Origin: Macrostomum lignano
Taxonomy: Eukaryota
NCBI GenBank assembly: GCA_002269645.1
Contig: NIVC01003789.1
Location: 62,001-126,000, forward strand
Direction: 5' to 3'
DNA length: 64,000 nucleotides
Below, one piece after another: positions 25,472-38,900 of this stretch. Position 1 is the first letter of the stretch; each line of letters begins with the position of its first letter. The translations under genes and the position numbers were made by a program. Under the pieces are notes generated by a model, which was not told the origin of the DNA, did not search any database, and was given only the letters and a program-made list of their open reading frames with translations.

Positions 25472-27420
25472 TACCCACAATGTCCTGCTTGGAGCTCCGA
25501 AAAATATTCGGGCAGACGCCGGAACGACCGAGTATAGCTTTGGCATGATCGACAACCGCCTGGCTGAAGGTGGAAATGGACATCCGCTCACCTCGGTTGG
25601 TGCACAGCACAAACGGCGAGTTGGCGACGCCGACCATGTCGTTGCAATGACGGCCGTTTCGCCAGGTGAGCAGCAGCTCAATGAATGCGGTCGGCACTGT
25701 GAGAACGCTGCAGCCGACAGACTTTATTTTCTTATGGCTGACCTGGCGACCAGGCAGCCGGATGGTCGAATAGCCGTTGTCATGATTGTCGCGCCGACTG
25801 GCGCTACCCGGCCGGATGTGCGCTATGCGGAGACCGCGCCATGGCCGGACGCGCAGCGGATGCATCGCAGTGGCATGCAGAGCAAATCGATTGCGCATCT
25901 TAACAAAGCTGTCCTCGTCGGCTGGACCAGAGGCGACCAGTGCGGCGTAGTCGTCCAGGATGGTGCGCCACTCCACCGGGGTTAACAGCTTCTCTTTCTT
26001 TCTGTCGTGGTGCAGCGGCGCATCCAGCCTATACTCAAGGTCGTGCGCTGGCGAATAGTTTTGAGCCGCTACTGAAACAGCTTGCACCTGTTTTCCAGCT
26101 CGGCTGCAATGTCGGCCGGCAGTTGCATGCGCTCCACCAGCGATTGAAGATGCGCGCGGTCGTGCTCAACGTAGGCTTGCATGTACTGCATGCATTTTAT
26201 TAGCGCTTGCGCCCTGTTTCTAACTGTGCCGGAGCTATTGCTGGTGGCTCGAACCTCCGTTGCGGCGGTCGTTGGGTTGGCTAAGCAACAGACTAAATCT
26301 CGCGGCCTCGACGACTGGACAGCTCTTGTCGGCGGCGCCGGCTGCTGCTGCTGCTGCTGCTGTCATCTTTGAGCAGACCGACAAGATCAGCAAAAAGGTG
26401 TCAATGAGAGCGTCAAGATGGCCGTCATGGGCTGGGTTGCGCACGCCTGTTGCATCGTTCCAATACAATGACTGGATTACACGCAGCTGCTTTATCAGCG
26501 GAGCATCGGCCGAATACTGCGCCAATAGCGAAGAATGCCGCAGTGTAATCACAGCCAAGGCATCACGCGCCGCGATCGCCTCCTTGGCTGACATGGTCGT
26601 CGTCTTTGTCGTCGTCTCCGCTGCACCGCCGACGCTGACTGCCGCAGTCGAAGACGCGCTTGTCGCCGCCGTCACCGCCGCTACACCGCTGGCACCCGCC
26701 GCGATCGCCTTCTCGGCTGACATGGTCGCCGACGCCGCCGCCGCTGCACCGCCGCTGCTTACTGCCGCTGCCACAGTCGAAGACGCGCTTGCCGCCGCAG
26801 ACGCCGCCTCCGTTGCTGCACCGCTGGCACTGTCATTGTCGTTGACGATGTTGACGGGTTGATCACCAGATGGCATAATGACGTGGTGGCAGAATATTCT
26901 GTCAACTTAGCGCCGGCGGCGACCAGTTTTGCGTGCTTAGCGGCATGTTTCGTTGCGTCTCGGTAATAGCAACGACAGTCAGCGCAGTAGGTCTCGCGAC
27001 GGACTCTCTTGACGCTGACGCTGCTACTACTGGCACTGCTGCGGTCTCCTGTTGGGCGCAAAATCAGGCTTCGCCACAACCAGGTAGTGCGCCTGTCCAG
27101 CGTCCAGTCGTCTGTCGTCGCGTCGTCGCCGCCATCGCCTACCGGCTGCTCCTTGATCCATGAGACATGTTTCGCCGCAAAGTGAGTCTTCAGGGCGTCG
27201 ACACGCATCACGGCGGTGCAGTCCGGCACAGGGCATTTTCGAGCGTAGCGGATATTTCTGTTCTGGTTCGGCTTCTCGACAACCGACGGCGGCGGGGCAT
27301 CTGCAGCAGTGGCGGCGGTGGTGTCGAAGCCAGCAGCTGCCGAAGACTCGCTTGCAGCGCTTTCTGTGTGTGTGCGGATGGATTGTGTATTGATATCGAA
27401 ATCAGTTTTTGCTGCTTCAA
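25472..27420 (-). pseudogene. C2H2 zinc finger plus tyrosine recombinase gene, copy B; frameshifted; lacks the C-terminal Tyr segment
   Basis: Fingers CPVPDC..LKTHFAAKH and YCADCRCYYRDATKHAAKH; core-binding-like SGTVRNRAQAL (~26230-26100); catalytic HPLR, HKK and CPNIFRSS. Homology to copy A ends at QDIV (~25475). A possible 5' exon lies at 27914-27746. Confidence 0.8.
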
Positions 27421-29616
27421 ATGCTGCTTCTTATTTAATAATAACTCCTATAATCAAAAACTAAAAACTACAAAACCTGTTGCTGCTGCTGGAGGAGACA
27501 AAACAGCTGTTGATGCTGATGACCGCCGCATGCCAGGAGAATTAGACATCACGGCCGAGTATTGGACGGGCCGAAAGCTGATAGGTCGCCGCTGTCTGCA
27601 GTGGTATTAAATGCAAAGTGAGATCGTCTTTTGTAAATTTAGGAAGGTCAACTTAACGGAGCCTAACCGACAGAGTAGCTTAGCTTATTAGAGAAAAATT
27701 GGAATAACTCTTCTTCTTTAAATCACATAGATCGTTAACAATCACCTGATACTGCTGCTGCTGCTGCTGCTGCTGCTGCGCTCGCTTCGTCACAACACAG
27801 GTCTGCTGCTGCTAATTCTTCAGCTTGATGGTGATCACTAGAGTGATGCGGAGGAGCTTCGAAATCGTTGCCGTAGCCGTCGCCGAAGAGGAGCCGCAGC
27901 AAACTGTCAAACATGATTTTATACGATTCCTTTATTATTACAGTCTTGAGCCTCTATAGAAAGAGCTGAGAGCTAATTGGCTAAGCTTTGTGAATTAATT
28001 ACTCTGTTTGGCTCAGTCAAGCTATTTTAAAAATTTAACTCCTTTTTCTTAACCTTTTATAAAGATAGTCTGAGAGAAGCTGGGACGAGAGGAATGGCCA
28101 TAGACAAAATATTCCAGTGTCTAAGGCCCACCTCAGTGACACCGCTTTAACGCAATTCAAAGCCCAGTCTGTACAAGCTGACGGTTTATAGACCGATCGA
28201 TCGATAATTTGGTTGGCCATAGACAGTTGCAGAAGATCTAAACTCAGAAAACCTCCCGTGTACAGGCTAAATCTTTAACACTGCCGCCGATTGCCGATTC
28301 TATTATAATGTATAGACTAGACTAATAATGGCTAATACAATTAAAGGCAGACAGGATTAAAATAACCAAAGCTGCAAATCCCATACAGTTATTCATTCGT
28401 CAAAAGATGACACAACAACTTTATGAAATTGAAAATTGATAATTTAAAAACATTGCTGAATATATGGATGGTCAGAATGTTGAAATGTGAAATTGTAGAT
28501 ACGCAGCAAAAACTGCAACAAAACTGGTTTCAACAACAACAGAGAAAAGCAGAAGAAACAACCATCAATCTGAATATAGAAAATCAATCGATCAATCTTG
28601 TAAAAACAAATCCACTTCCGGATTGCAACACCGTCAGTCCAAGTCATTAAATGTGTGAGTGCGTGCAGCCAAAGCTGTTGCCACACTACCCTTCTGTTAA
28701 GATGATAGAAAAAAATGTCTATTATATTTTTAGGCAATTCTGCTTGGCACAAATCCGAAATTGTGCTAAAGACCTATACGACCAGTCATTTTACGGCACT
28801 TGACTAGCATAATTGCGTCCCAATGCTTGGCATAATTCCTATAAAATAGTATACTTATATATCGGGGGCTATATCTGCATGCACAATATTAATTGTTTGC
28901 CGATAACTGTCGTCGCAGTCAATATGCATTTCACTGCTTTTATTTGCATTTGATGTAATCTATTTTAGGGCTACACTGCCTCTACATCACTGCTGTCTTT
29001 GATTTTGCGATTTAGTAGTAGCGATACTATTAGTCAGATAGAAGCACAAACCGCAGCTGCTGCTATTGAGACATCTATCTATCTTGATTGACAGGGAGGG
29101 AGCTGCTAACATGCTGCTGGCTGATGCAAACACACACAATATTAAAAAGATAGAACAGAACAAAAACTTGAATGCTGAAACAATTAAAGAGCCGCAGCTC
29201 ATATCGTATTCAACTAATAAAACTAGCTAATCCACTCTAGCCCTCCCTAACCGAGTATAATTATTTGTTAGATTTTAGATGCAACAACATTCGTTACCTG
29301 TGTGTGTGCTTGCGTGCGTGCGCTTTACCTTTTTTGCGACTGATGGACCTAGCGTGCGCCACCAATAACTTGTTTAACAACAACAACAACAACAACGTCT
29401 TTGATTTAGTAAATCTATTTTTGTAACTATGACAATTAACCTACTGCATAATCTTAGATGGGATTCTAATTTTGAGAAATTTTTGTGCTTCCGCTTATAC
29501 CTAATCTGTTATAGTCAACTTAAATTTTTTGATTCAGCATTCTTTTAATTAGTCTTTTTGGTCTATTGGCGGCGGCGGCGGCATCATCAGCGAACCCCAG
29601 CTAGCTGCCTGGCGAC

Positions 29617-31973
29617 CTAGACGTTGGCGGCGGCGTCCGCGGAGCCTTCCTGCTGGCAGCCAATGCATTCAAAGACGTTGTGCTCCATATGGAAGCACCT
29701 TCCACTGGCGGAAACGCGCCGCACAAAGTCAACTGGCAATTCTGCTGGCGGCACATGGCCCGCAAATATGATACTGCCGACCCATTCGCTCTGCACATGG
29801 GCCTTGTGCTTTGCGTTTATGACAAATTTATCCCTATTCATGAGCAGCAGAAGCTGGCCCTTTGCCGCCTGTACCGGCTGCAGTTCGTCAAAGAATAGGC
29901 ACTTGTGTATGCCTAATTTTAATCCGTCGAACGGAAAGGCTTCGGAGAGGTCCGGCGCGTAGACAGTCTCTCGGCCGAAATGTAAGCCGACCATCGCCGA
30001 CTTGCCCACTCCACTGGGGCCCCACAAATAAATTATTGCTGGAACAGCCAGTCCTTGTCGCATGGCTGTGTAAATTTCACGCTGTATTGCACAGGCGCCA
30101 CCAAGCGACAGTCTGTGTGTTGTTGTTGCTACGCAACGACGCCGCATTTAATGTCGCCTTCGACGCCACGACAGCTGGCAATTGGCAGACGCCGCACATG
30201 CTTGGCCGTACCAGATTGGCCGGCATGGGGCTGATGCCTAGCTCCTCCGCCCGGATGCGGCGCATCATCTGGACAGAGCTGAAATAGTCCAGCGCCTTCT
30301 AAGCAACAACGGATTGCCGCACACTAGCTGCGGATCGTCGGGCCTCGGCTGCATACAGCCCAAAGGGTAGGACATGGCCCACCGATACAACAACACATTC
30401 CTGGACAGGCAGCCGTCGTCAATGTCCGTGACGGCTGCTGTCGGGTCGTTAAGTGTCACGCGGCGTATCTCCGCGTTTGCACTCCGTGCACTCCGGATCT
30501 CAGCGTTTGTCCACCCTTTAACGGCGAACGCGTCCTCGCTGGACCCCGACGCAAACAGGCTGCGCAGTCTGCCTATCAGATCTACTGTGCTATGTAGAGC
30601 ATTGGTGCGGACAAAGACTAGCACAGACTTGGTGCCAGCTATTGGACAGCTGGCAGTCGGGGCGTATGGGTCAACCATATGGGTTGGAGATAGGATAAAT
30701 TCATTCTCCGCTAAGCCTATAGTTTTAGCATTATTTAAGTCAATGTTGTTGTTGTTGTTGTTTTTAATTATTGGTTGGTTTGGCAATTTTAGTTTTTTGT
30801 CGGGGATGGGGTGGGTGTGTGATTAATTTAAAATGGTGCGCAAAAAATCGCAATAATACTCAGCTACATGATTGTTTTTTCTACCAAACCAAGATACATG
30901 CATGCAAAATATGTATGTATATGAAAGCGTTTTTACTCACCAATTGCCAGTTGTGCCGCGTAACTGTTGCTCCATGCGCTGTTCAGCAGCATCTTGAATT
31001 GCGGCGCGTTGCGGACATGGGAGAGCTGGACAACGGACATTGCCCGGAATGCCCTTCGGCTTGTCTCGGCCGCGGCGGTGACGCTCCGGGAAACAGCCTC
31101 GGCCGGATGCAGTGGCACGCGTGGCGCCAGGAGCCGCGATGTGGTGCACTTTGGTTGCTGTTGCTGCTGCCGATGGTCGTCCTGCTGTACACCCAGTGCC
31201 GATGCAGCGTCATCGGCATCAGACGACAAACTGTTATTGGCGCCGTCGTATCCAGCTGTTGCCTCATGGGCGGCCGCAGCCATCGAATATACTGCTGCTG
31301 GTTCTGTCGCAGGCGACAGCGGATGCGGAGCTTTGAATATAGGTTCAGCAGCATAACTTGAAGCAGCAGCAGCTTGTCGACGTTGGTCGCTGGTAAACAA
31401 CGAGTATGATTTAACGGACGGTGACGGAGTCCTTGAAGCCGCAAAAGCGAATCGAGCCGCTGTCGTCGATCCCGCAGGTTGGGCGAAGGCGAAAGGCCTG
31501 ACTCCGACTGCCGCCCCGATGATGCGCGGCTGCCGTTTCAGTGCTGGCTTTGGTACTGTTGACGACGCTCCACTATTGCTGGAGGCAGCGGCGGCGTCCC
31601 TATCGGTGGCGATGCACTGCACCTTGGCCGCCGGAGACTGATGTTGCTGTTGTTGGCTCGGCAGTTCGCGTTTCAACGATTGTTGAGAGTGCATCTGTGC
31701 CGGTTATGTCTTGTAGGCAGAGCGAATCGGCGTGTCAGCATCGTCGTCGTCGCTGTCCGGGACGACGATGCCCGTAATGGTGCAATCGGCATCGACGTCA
31801 GCGTCGTTGGTATTCAGCGCCGGTGGCGGCGATGAAGCTGGGGTGTCTGCGGCGAACAGAGATGCCGCCTCCAGTTCGGCGAACGCCTCCAGTTCGGCCT
31901 CTTCGCAGGCAGCCAGTAGATCATCGTCTAACACAAAGTCGTCATCATCGTCAGGAAAATTGTTGGTTGCCAT
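29617..31973 (-). pseudogene. Spliced SF3 helicase gene, copy B
   Basis: Exon 31973-30941 (in-frame TAA at 31704), phase-1 GT-AG intron 30940-30717, exon 30716-29617 with two frameshifts. Motifs: Walker A GPSGVGKS, Walker B LFFDE, motif B' VINAKHK, motif C IIFAGH, Arg finger FVRR. Confidence 0.85.
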
Positions 31974-33149
31974 TATTCGCGATGAAGCTGACTACAGAGC
32001 TGGAACGGCGGGCTGTCTTTTAATGGATGGATCATTATTATGCCTTGCACACTGTTTTCTGTTCCTGCTTTTCTTTCTTTCTTTCTTTTTCGGGTCACGG
32101 ACATTGTAGCTAGACGTAGCTAATAGGACCGGGGGCGTAGCCCCATGCAGCCGGGGCGCTGACCCTGCGCGGGCGGGCAGTAGACGGCGGAATCCAATTT
32201 GCGGCCTGCGGCGGGTGGCCAGAGAGCGTGGGGACCCGAGTCCCGGTGCGCAGGGCTCCTCCGCAGACCGACTTACGCTGTAAAAACCGCCATCCACCGC
32301 CAACCCAACGTTGGGGGACAGCTCTCCCAGGCTGCATACCCGGAGGTGAGACCAATTCGTCACCCCGTCGATGGCAGGGACGCACGGAGCTCCTGCCACA
32401 TTGGCGGGGTGTCCAGGGGCGCGACGTGGACGCTGGTCTCGTGCCACCCTCTGTTCCTGCTGCTGCTGCTGCTGATGCGATATACATTAAGGAAAAAGTG
32501 CTGCTAGGCTATAGCTACTGATTATTTGTCTATGGTAGAAAGACTCAGTTTGAGACTAGCTAAAGCAATATATATATATTTTTTAAGGGAAAAATGCTAG
32601 GCACAGCTGCCGCGTTGTGCTATTAATAACATTTTTATACTAGGTAGTCTATGGCATGGCGTGTGAGTAGTGACTGACTGCCGCATTAACGCACTCTACC
32701 GCTTTAACACACTCGATATCGCTTTCACGCAGGAGCCGAATTAACGTAGCCGCGTTAACGCAATTTTTACCGCTTACACTCAGAAGCATATTTGTCAACG
32801 TTTGTTTAAAGCTTCCTAACTAGGTAAACTAATTGTAAGGTATAGCAATCTGACCCTAACCTGCCTAATAATATTACCGTTAGTAAATAACAACTGTGTT
32901 TTACGTTTGTTATGACAACAATAAACGTTTACCGTTTTTTCTTACTTGTCGTCGTATATTTAAAGCATCGTAACCACGTAAACTAATTGTAAAGTAACAA
33001 TTTGACTGTAACGTAAGTAACAATATTAACAATAACAAGTAACAAGCGTGCTTAGCAGTCCGAAAACCTATAATAATCTTTATATTGGCCCCTAAAGTTG
33101 CATATACGAAGCAGACGCATCCCGGAAGTCGCTTGTGTGCTGTTGCATC

Positions 33150-33553
33150 TGCGACTGTCGTTGGTAGGCCTCCCGTTCCAGCTCGCGCCGTTTCTTCGTA
33201 CGAAAATACCTGAGCTGCTCGAGTAGCAGCATTTGCTGAAGCTCTCGGCATTGCTCAGTCCTATCGTCTCAGTCGTCTCGTTGGTGACTCGTCACGGCGC
33301 GGATGCTCTCGCAGACTGCTGCCGTGATTGAACGCTCGCAGGCGTCGAGGGTTGGCGATCAGACTCCTCGCTGCTCGGGCTGGGTCTCGGAGGGTGTCTG
33401 TGGTTCATCGTCGTCAGCAAGTTGTGATGCAACCCCACACACACGAGCGCCAGGGACCTTGGAAAAAACTGGGTTTTCCTCGATGTTGAAAAACTGTAGC
33501 ATGGATTCTTCCCACTTCTTCAGAACAATCTTTTTATTTCCGGTCTTCTTCAA
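33150..33553 (-). pseudogene. Fragment resembling a Myb/SANT-like partner gene of Harbinger elements
   Basis: LKKWEESMLQFF..PVFSKVPGA followed by a coiled-coil-like LLLEQLRYFRTKKRRELER. Pattern similarity only. Confidence 0.3.
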
Positions 33554-34834
33554 GTCCGTCTGCTTTCAGCCGTATACAATATACGAGCTATGCTAGAAAT
33601 TAGCTAAATTAATATTACTACAGGACGAAAATACAACAGTTTCGTAGCTTCAGAGTTGATAGAAAATTAACCTTTCGGCTGACGTTTGTATATAACTAGT
33701 CGAGCATCTGACGAAATATTTTTCAGCAAAGACGTAGAAGTGCTTAGCTCTGTAGTCATTAGATCGTCCAGCAAGTAGCATTTGTCACCTTTTGATGGAA
33801 ATACATAAGCGACGTAATGACCTTCGTCGACTCGTTCTCCCAGGTGCACAATAACACTTTGGAGGCAATAGCGCCGATTGTTATAGTCAATTTCTGGCGT
33901 AAAATCGAAGCCCACTCGGTTCTTGACAATAGTTGCCTGGCTTCTCAAGAGCCTGTTCACGACTAAGCACAGGAGAGGTGGCGCATTTTGAGGAGTTCTG
34001 CTATGAACGCAGCTACTTGTCTGACAAGCTGTGCATGTGATGTCATCAGACTCGTCGGGTCGTAGTGCCGCATTCACAAGCTGGATCAGCTGCTGTCCTT
34101 CAACTGGTTGAACCACCACGAATGTTTCATGCGAACTTTCAGTAGTCGCGGCATTATTGCACCGGAGACAAAGGTTGGACCCGCCGAGCTAAAATAATAA
34201 AGACAAACAGCTGAGACGGAATTGAAAACATCGATTTAAAGGGCCTGTACTCTCTTACTGCCATCTATGCTGTATGTGACCGATCCAGGATTCATATTTG
34301 TTTACATGTATTTGACTCTTTTTACTACATTAGTTCCCTATGATAATTGTCATTTCAAATGGTTTCCGTTCAAAAGTAAAGCAAGTTTCTGTAAGTGTTT
34401 TTGAAATTTAGATACGAGCGTATTACCTGAATTCTAAACTGGCGACGAATAGTCTGCAGCTATTGAGAAATGAGCACGAAAAATTCAAAGCAGTCGTTAT
34501 ATTCGTTGGTATTTATTTGACCAGCCGTACAGCATTCTTCCAATGCAGTGTTGTACAAATCTTCGCTGAATCCAGATCCGCTCGAAATGTTGGCCAAGAG
34601 TCGTATAAGAAAGGACGAATTCACTGCTGTTTCAGAAAAATTTCTCCCTGACAATGCCGCACCAACTGCGTGAAGACTGGCGTTGAACCAACAGAGTTTT
34701 CCATTACGATTGGGTAAGCCGAATGGACGATAGCCTGATGTCGATAGCGCCGAAGCTTCGACAGTAACAAAACTGGCGACATGATCAGAACAATCAACAA
34801 AAGCATGAGCGGCTGGCTAGTTTATCACTGTTGG

Positions 34835-35063
34835 CAGTGGCGGATCTAGGATTTTATTTAAGGTGGGCGGTCCAAGTTAGGTGCGCCAACATGAGTATGA
34901 GGGGCGCCAATTTTTAGGCTAGGGGCACAAAAAATGCGTGTAGGGGGCGAAAAATAAAGTTTAAAGGGCGCAAACTTAGGTTTTTTGGGGGGCGCAATAT
35001 GTTTCATCCAGCTGTTTCGGGGGGCGGTCGCTCCCCCCGCCCCCCCCCCTAAATCCGCCCCTG
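34835..35063. mobile_element. hAT-type MITE, 229 bp
   Basis: TIRs CAGTGGCGGATCTAG and CTAAATCCGCCCCTG; 8-bp TSD ACTGTTGG at 34827-34834 and 35064-35071. Confidence 0.9.
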
Positions 35064-35915
35064 ACTGTTGGTATTCGTGAAAACTCACCATTGCTACGGT
35101 TAGCAGACTCACAAGTTATAGATTCATGTGCACGCTCATGACGCCAAAGCTTATTTTGTTCGATGCGTTCCTCTCGAGAAAATCCTTTGCGTCGACGTCC
35201 CTTATTCGATCGAGAAGCTTTTAAGATTTTGCCGATTCCTACAGGCTTCTCGGCAACTCGGGGCAATCCAATTTTTCGTCCAACCGCTGCGATATGCGAA
35301 CACGATTGAGCAGAGACACAAGAACACGAAGCAACGCCGTTGCTAAATGTCACAACATTATTTCGTCCGGCAACGTTAGTCACTATGAAGTTACCAAGAG
35401 TAGGGTTGAATGAAACTTTATGTTGCTCACTAAGCAAGCTGATCCGTGTCGACTGCTCGCTGTCGTCTAGATCTACATTAACTCGCACAGATTTGTGGCT
35501 AGATTCTCCAACGGGCTGGTGAACAGGAGTACCAGTAGCATCATTGGACAATGAAGGCCCTGTGCCACCTGACTCATTGCTGTTGCTATCACAGAAACTC
35601 ATGTTGGGACGTATGACAGTCACTTTAATCGCACCAATTTCTCGAATTTCTCGAGTCGCCGAAGTCTAAGAGTGCCGGAGTTGAATGTTCGCGGCTATTT
35701 GTTCTAACGACAACAGTGGAAAGAGTGTTACAGTTTCGGGCGACTGTTGTAGATGTTGGAACTCAGGCTTTAGTGTGTAGTTTCCTTGGCCACACAAACC
35801 ACGAAGAATTTCGTTCCTGTAGTATCGAGAAGTTTGGTAAAGTCCGACAATGCAGTCATCGACTGTTGCATCCTTGAATTTTAGCACACGCTTGAGCATT
35901 GCGTTTATTGATTCT

Positions 35916-38900
35916 TGTTGTGCTTTTGGCTTTTAGCCTTTAGCAATTGTCACTAGCGGTCTGCTGACCTCTGACGCGTCTATTATTTATTTCATAACTC
36001 AATAGCATGGTTCAATTCATCAACGCAGTCGCGTAACAAAAATGTCTATGGCAAAGCCATCAACCCACAACACCCTCCCTCTTCTATAGGTAGGTGTACA
36101 ATTATCACTCAGGTGCGATAAAAAATTCTAGTTTTCTTGGCCAAGCGTTCGCTTCGCCTGGGTGACGGCTTGGATTGAACTCCAACCTCAGTCTGTTGCT
36201 GTTGTGCTCTCTCAGCTTGTTCTGTTCCCGGTAGTATCTCAGTGTCTGTCGATGACGGACGCGTCTGTTGGCCGTCGTCACTTGGACCGTTGCCACCGGG
36301 CTTGGAATCCCCCATTTCCCTAGTTCCGTGAGCCTCAGGTACCTCACCGATTCGTAGTTGATCGAGGTGGGTCTTTAGATTTCGTCCAGTCTCTGTGGTG
36401 ACGACTGCTGTGTTGCTGCCAAGCATTTTGGCGAATCTCACAGTTCGTGGCTCATGAGAACTCGATGCACGGTAGATGAGTGATTCTTCTGGGATCCACT
36501 TGGACTGAGTGCTGCTCTCCGAGATGGGGAGTCTTATTTGTCTGCCGTTCAACAACTCGGACGGTGATGCTTGCTGCTTCCCTTTGGCAGCTCTGTAGAA
36601 CAGTAGAAATCTGTCAATACTTCTTTGGGATAAACCATTGGTCTTGATTGTCTCTTTGACGGTTCGCACCATTCGCTCTGCAATGCCGTTGCTCTGTGGA
36701 TGGTAGGCGGGCGTTGTGATGTGCGAACAGCCAATCTGGGTGAGCCAGCCGGTCACCGCTTCGCTCACAAAACTAGGGCCGTTGTCTGACACGAGACACT
36801 TGGGCACCCCCTGTTGTGAGAACAATCTTCTAAGTCTGGAAATGACTGTGTCGGCCTTCATGTCGCTCGTGATGAAGACTTCCGGGTAGCTCGAGTGCGC
36901 ATCCACAATTATGAGTAGGTACTTGCCCTCTATCGGACCGGCAAAATCAATGTGCACTCGCTCCCAGGGGTTGTCAGGTTCTGGCCACGAGTGCCGAAAG
37001 TTCTTATTTCTGGACTTGTACGCGTTGCACACGTTGCATCGTCCAATGTAGTCAGCGATGTCACGGTCCATCTGTGGCCACCAGAACTGTTCCCTCAAAA
37101 TTGACTTTGACTTTTCCACCCCAAGGTGCGTTGAGTGTACAGCTGCCAGGGCAGTTTCTCTCAGGACACGAGGCAATACAATTCTGTTCATTCTGTAAAT
37201 AATTCCATCATTGACAGTTAGCTCATCTTAAACCTTCGAGTAGCCGAGTAGGTGTGGGTCGTCAAATAGATTATTGTTAATTATGGCTGCGCCCAGGCAT
37301 CTGAACTCCGGGTCCTCTCTGGTTGCGTGTGCAATGCGATCCAGCTGAATTACTCCCGGGTTGTCAGCTTCGAGGAGTCCGATCGATGCTGTCTGTGCAT
37401 TCGGCTTAGCGGGCACCAGTCGAGATAGCGCATCCGACAGCATTAGCTTTGATGGTCGATACTGTATGACATAGTCATAAGCAGCTAGCATGATTGCCCA
37501 TCGTTGTAGTCGAGCTGAAACTCTGGTGGGCAGCTGTTTGTCTGGCGCGAATATGTATGTGAGGGGCCGGTGATCAGTTATCAGTGTGAACCTCCGGCCA
37601 TACAAGAACCGATGGCATCTTTGAATGCACCAAACCAGTGCCAGGCCTTCACGCTCTATTTGCGAATATTTTGTTTCGGCGTCAGACAGAGTCTTGCTCA
37701 TGTACAGCACGACTTGACCGCTTTGTGTCAACACTCCGCCCAGAGCTCGCTGAGAACTGTCGCATTCCAGTTCAATGGGCTTCTCCGGATCAAATATTTG
37801 AAGACTCGATTGATCAGAGAGAGTGACCTTGATTTCGTCAAATGCTATTTGACACTCCTTTGTCCACACGAAGTCCTCATTTTTCTTTCTTAGTCGATTG
37901 ATAGGCTTGGTCAGTGCAGCTAGGTTTCTGATGAACCTGCCGCTAAAATTTACGAGACCCAGGAAAGATTCAAGCTCGCCAACGTTCTGCGGTGGTGTCA
38001 TGTCCTGGATTGCCTTCACTTTGGCTGGGTCCGGCTTGAGCTGATCTCCTTCCAATAAGTAGCCTAGAAACTTGATCGAAGTCTTGCGGAATTCACTTTT
38101 CGCCGTGTTGATCTTCAATCCTTGCTGGTTTAGTCGATGCAATACTTCTGTCTCACGAACTGCCAATTGTTCTACGCCTTTGCCGCATATCAATATGTCG
38201 TCTACGTAGGCAATGACGCCAGGAATTCCTTGTAGGACTTGGCTAATGTACCGCTGGAAGATCGCAGGTGCTGTTTTCACTCCGAACGGAAGCTTGTTGA
38301 AAGCGAACATCCCAAATGGTGTTGACATTACTGTCAGCTCTTTGGAAGCTTCATCTAGTGGGATCTGGTGATAAGCTTTCTCTAGGTCCAGACGAGTGTA
38401 TATCCGGCTGCCAGCAGCAGTTGCAATCACTTCGTCAGGTGCAGGCATCGGATATGAATCGTTGATAAGATGAGAATTGATTGTCACCTTGTAGTCGACG
38501 CAAAGTCTGAGCTTTCCAGAAGGTTTCTTGACCACGACAATTGGTGAGGCCCATTCACTGAACTTGACGGGCTTGATGGTGTCTTCTTCAAGCAACCGAT
38601 CGATTTCATCCTTGACTTCCTGTCTGAGTGCGAAGGGTAGCGGCCTGGGTTTGCAATGAATTGGAGTGGTTCCTTCCTTGATCTTAAGAGTTACTGGTGG
38701 AAATTCGCATGACTGGGTTGCCGATGTGCAGCTGTTGTCTACAGCGTTTAGCGTGAAATTGAGCTTGTCTCGGCCAACCAGAACAAACTGCGATTCCACA
38801 ATGAAGAATGTGATTGGAATGAACTCGTCATTGTACTCCAACTCAGTGTCGTGTGTTCCAAAGACCTTCATCTGCGTATCAGCGTATGTTGTCAGAACAG

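Larger units (their letters stand above)
24413..32654 (-). mobile_element. Unclassified ~8.2-kb DNA element with tyrosine recombinase and SF3 helicase genes, copy B
   Basis: Left end CCATAGAC (24413); right end GTCTATGG (32528 and 32647). An imperfect inverted subterminal block lies at 24543-24585 versus 32580-32625. Both genes are on the minus strand and homologous to the pieces at 1-8450. Confidence 0.7.

Noticed and set aside
29617-30716. Ordinary endogenous circovirus/CRESS Rep
   Set aside because: No RCR motifs I-III conserved in both copies, no capsid gene, no nonanucleotide stem-loop, and the gene is spliced and linked to a YR. This remains a hypothesis only for the origin of the helicase domain.
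31992-32521. GC-rich overlapping ORFs upstream of the copy B helicase
   Set aside because: No recognisable motif in any frame and no homolog at the equivalent position of copy A.
24413-32654. Polinton, DIRS or Helitron assignment
   Set aside because: No pPolB, capsid, ATPase or rve integrase; no RT/RNase H; no HUH-Pif1 within the bounded unit.
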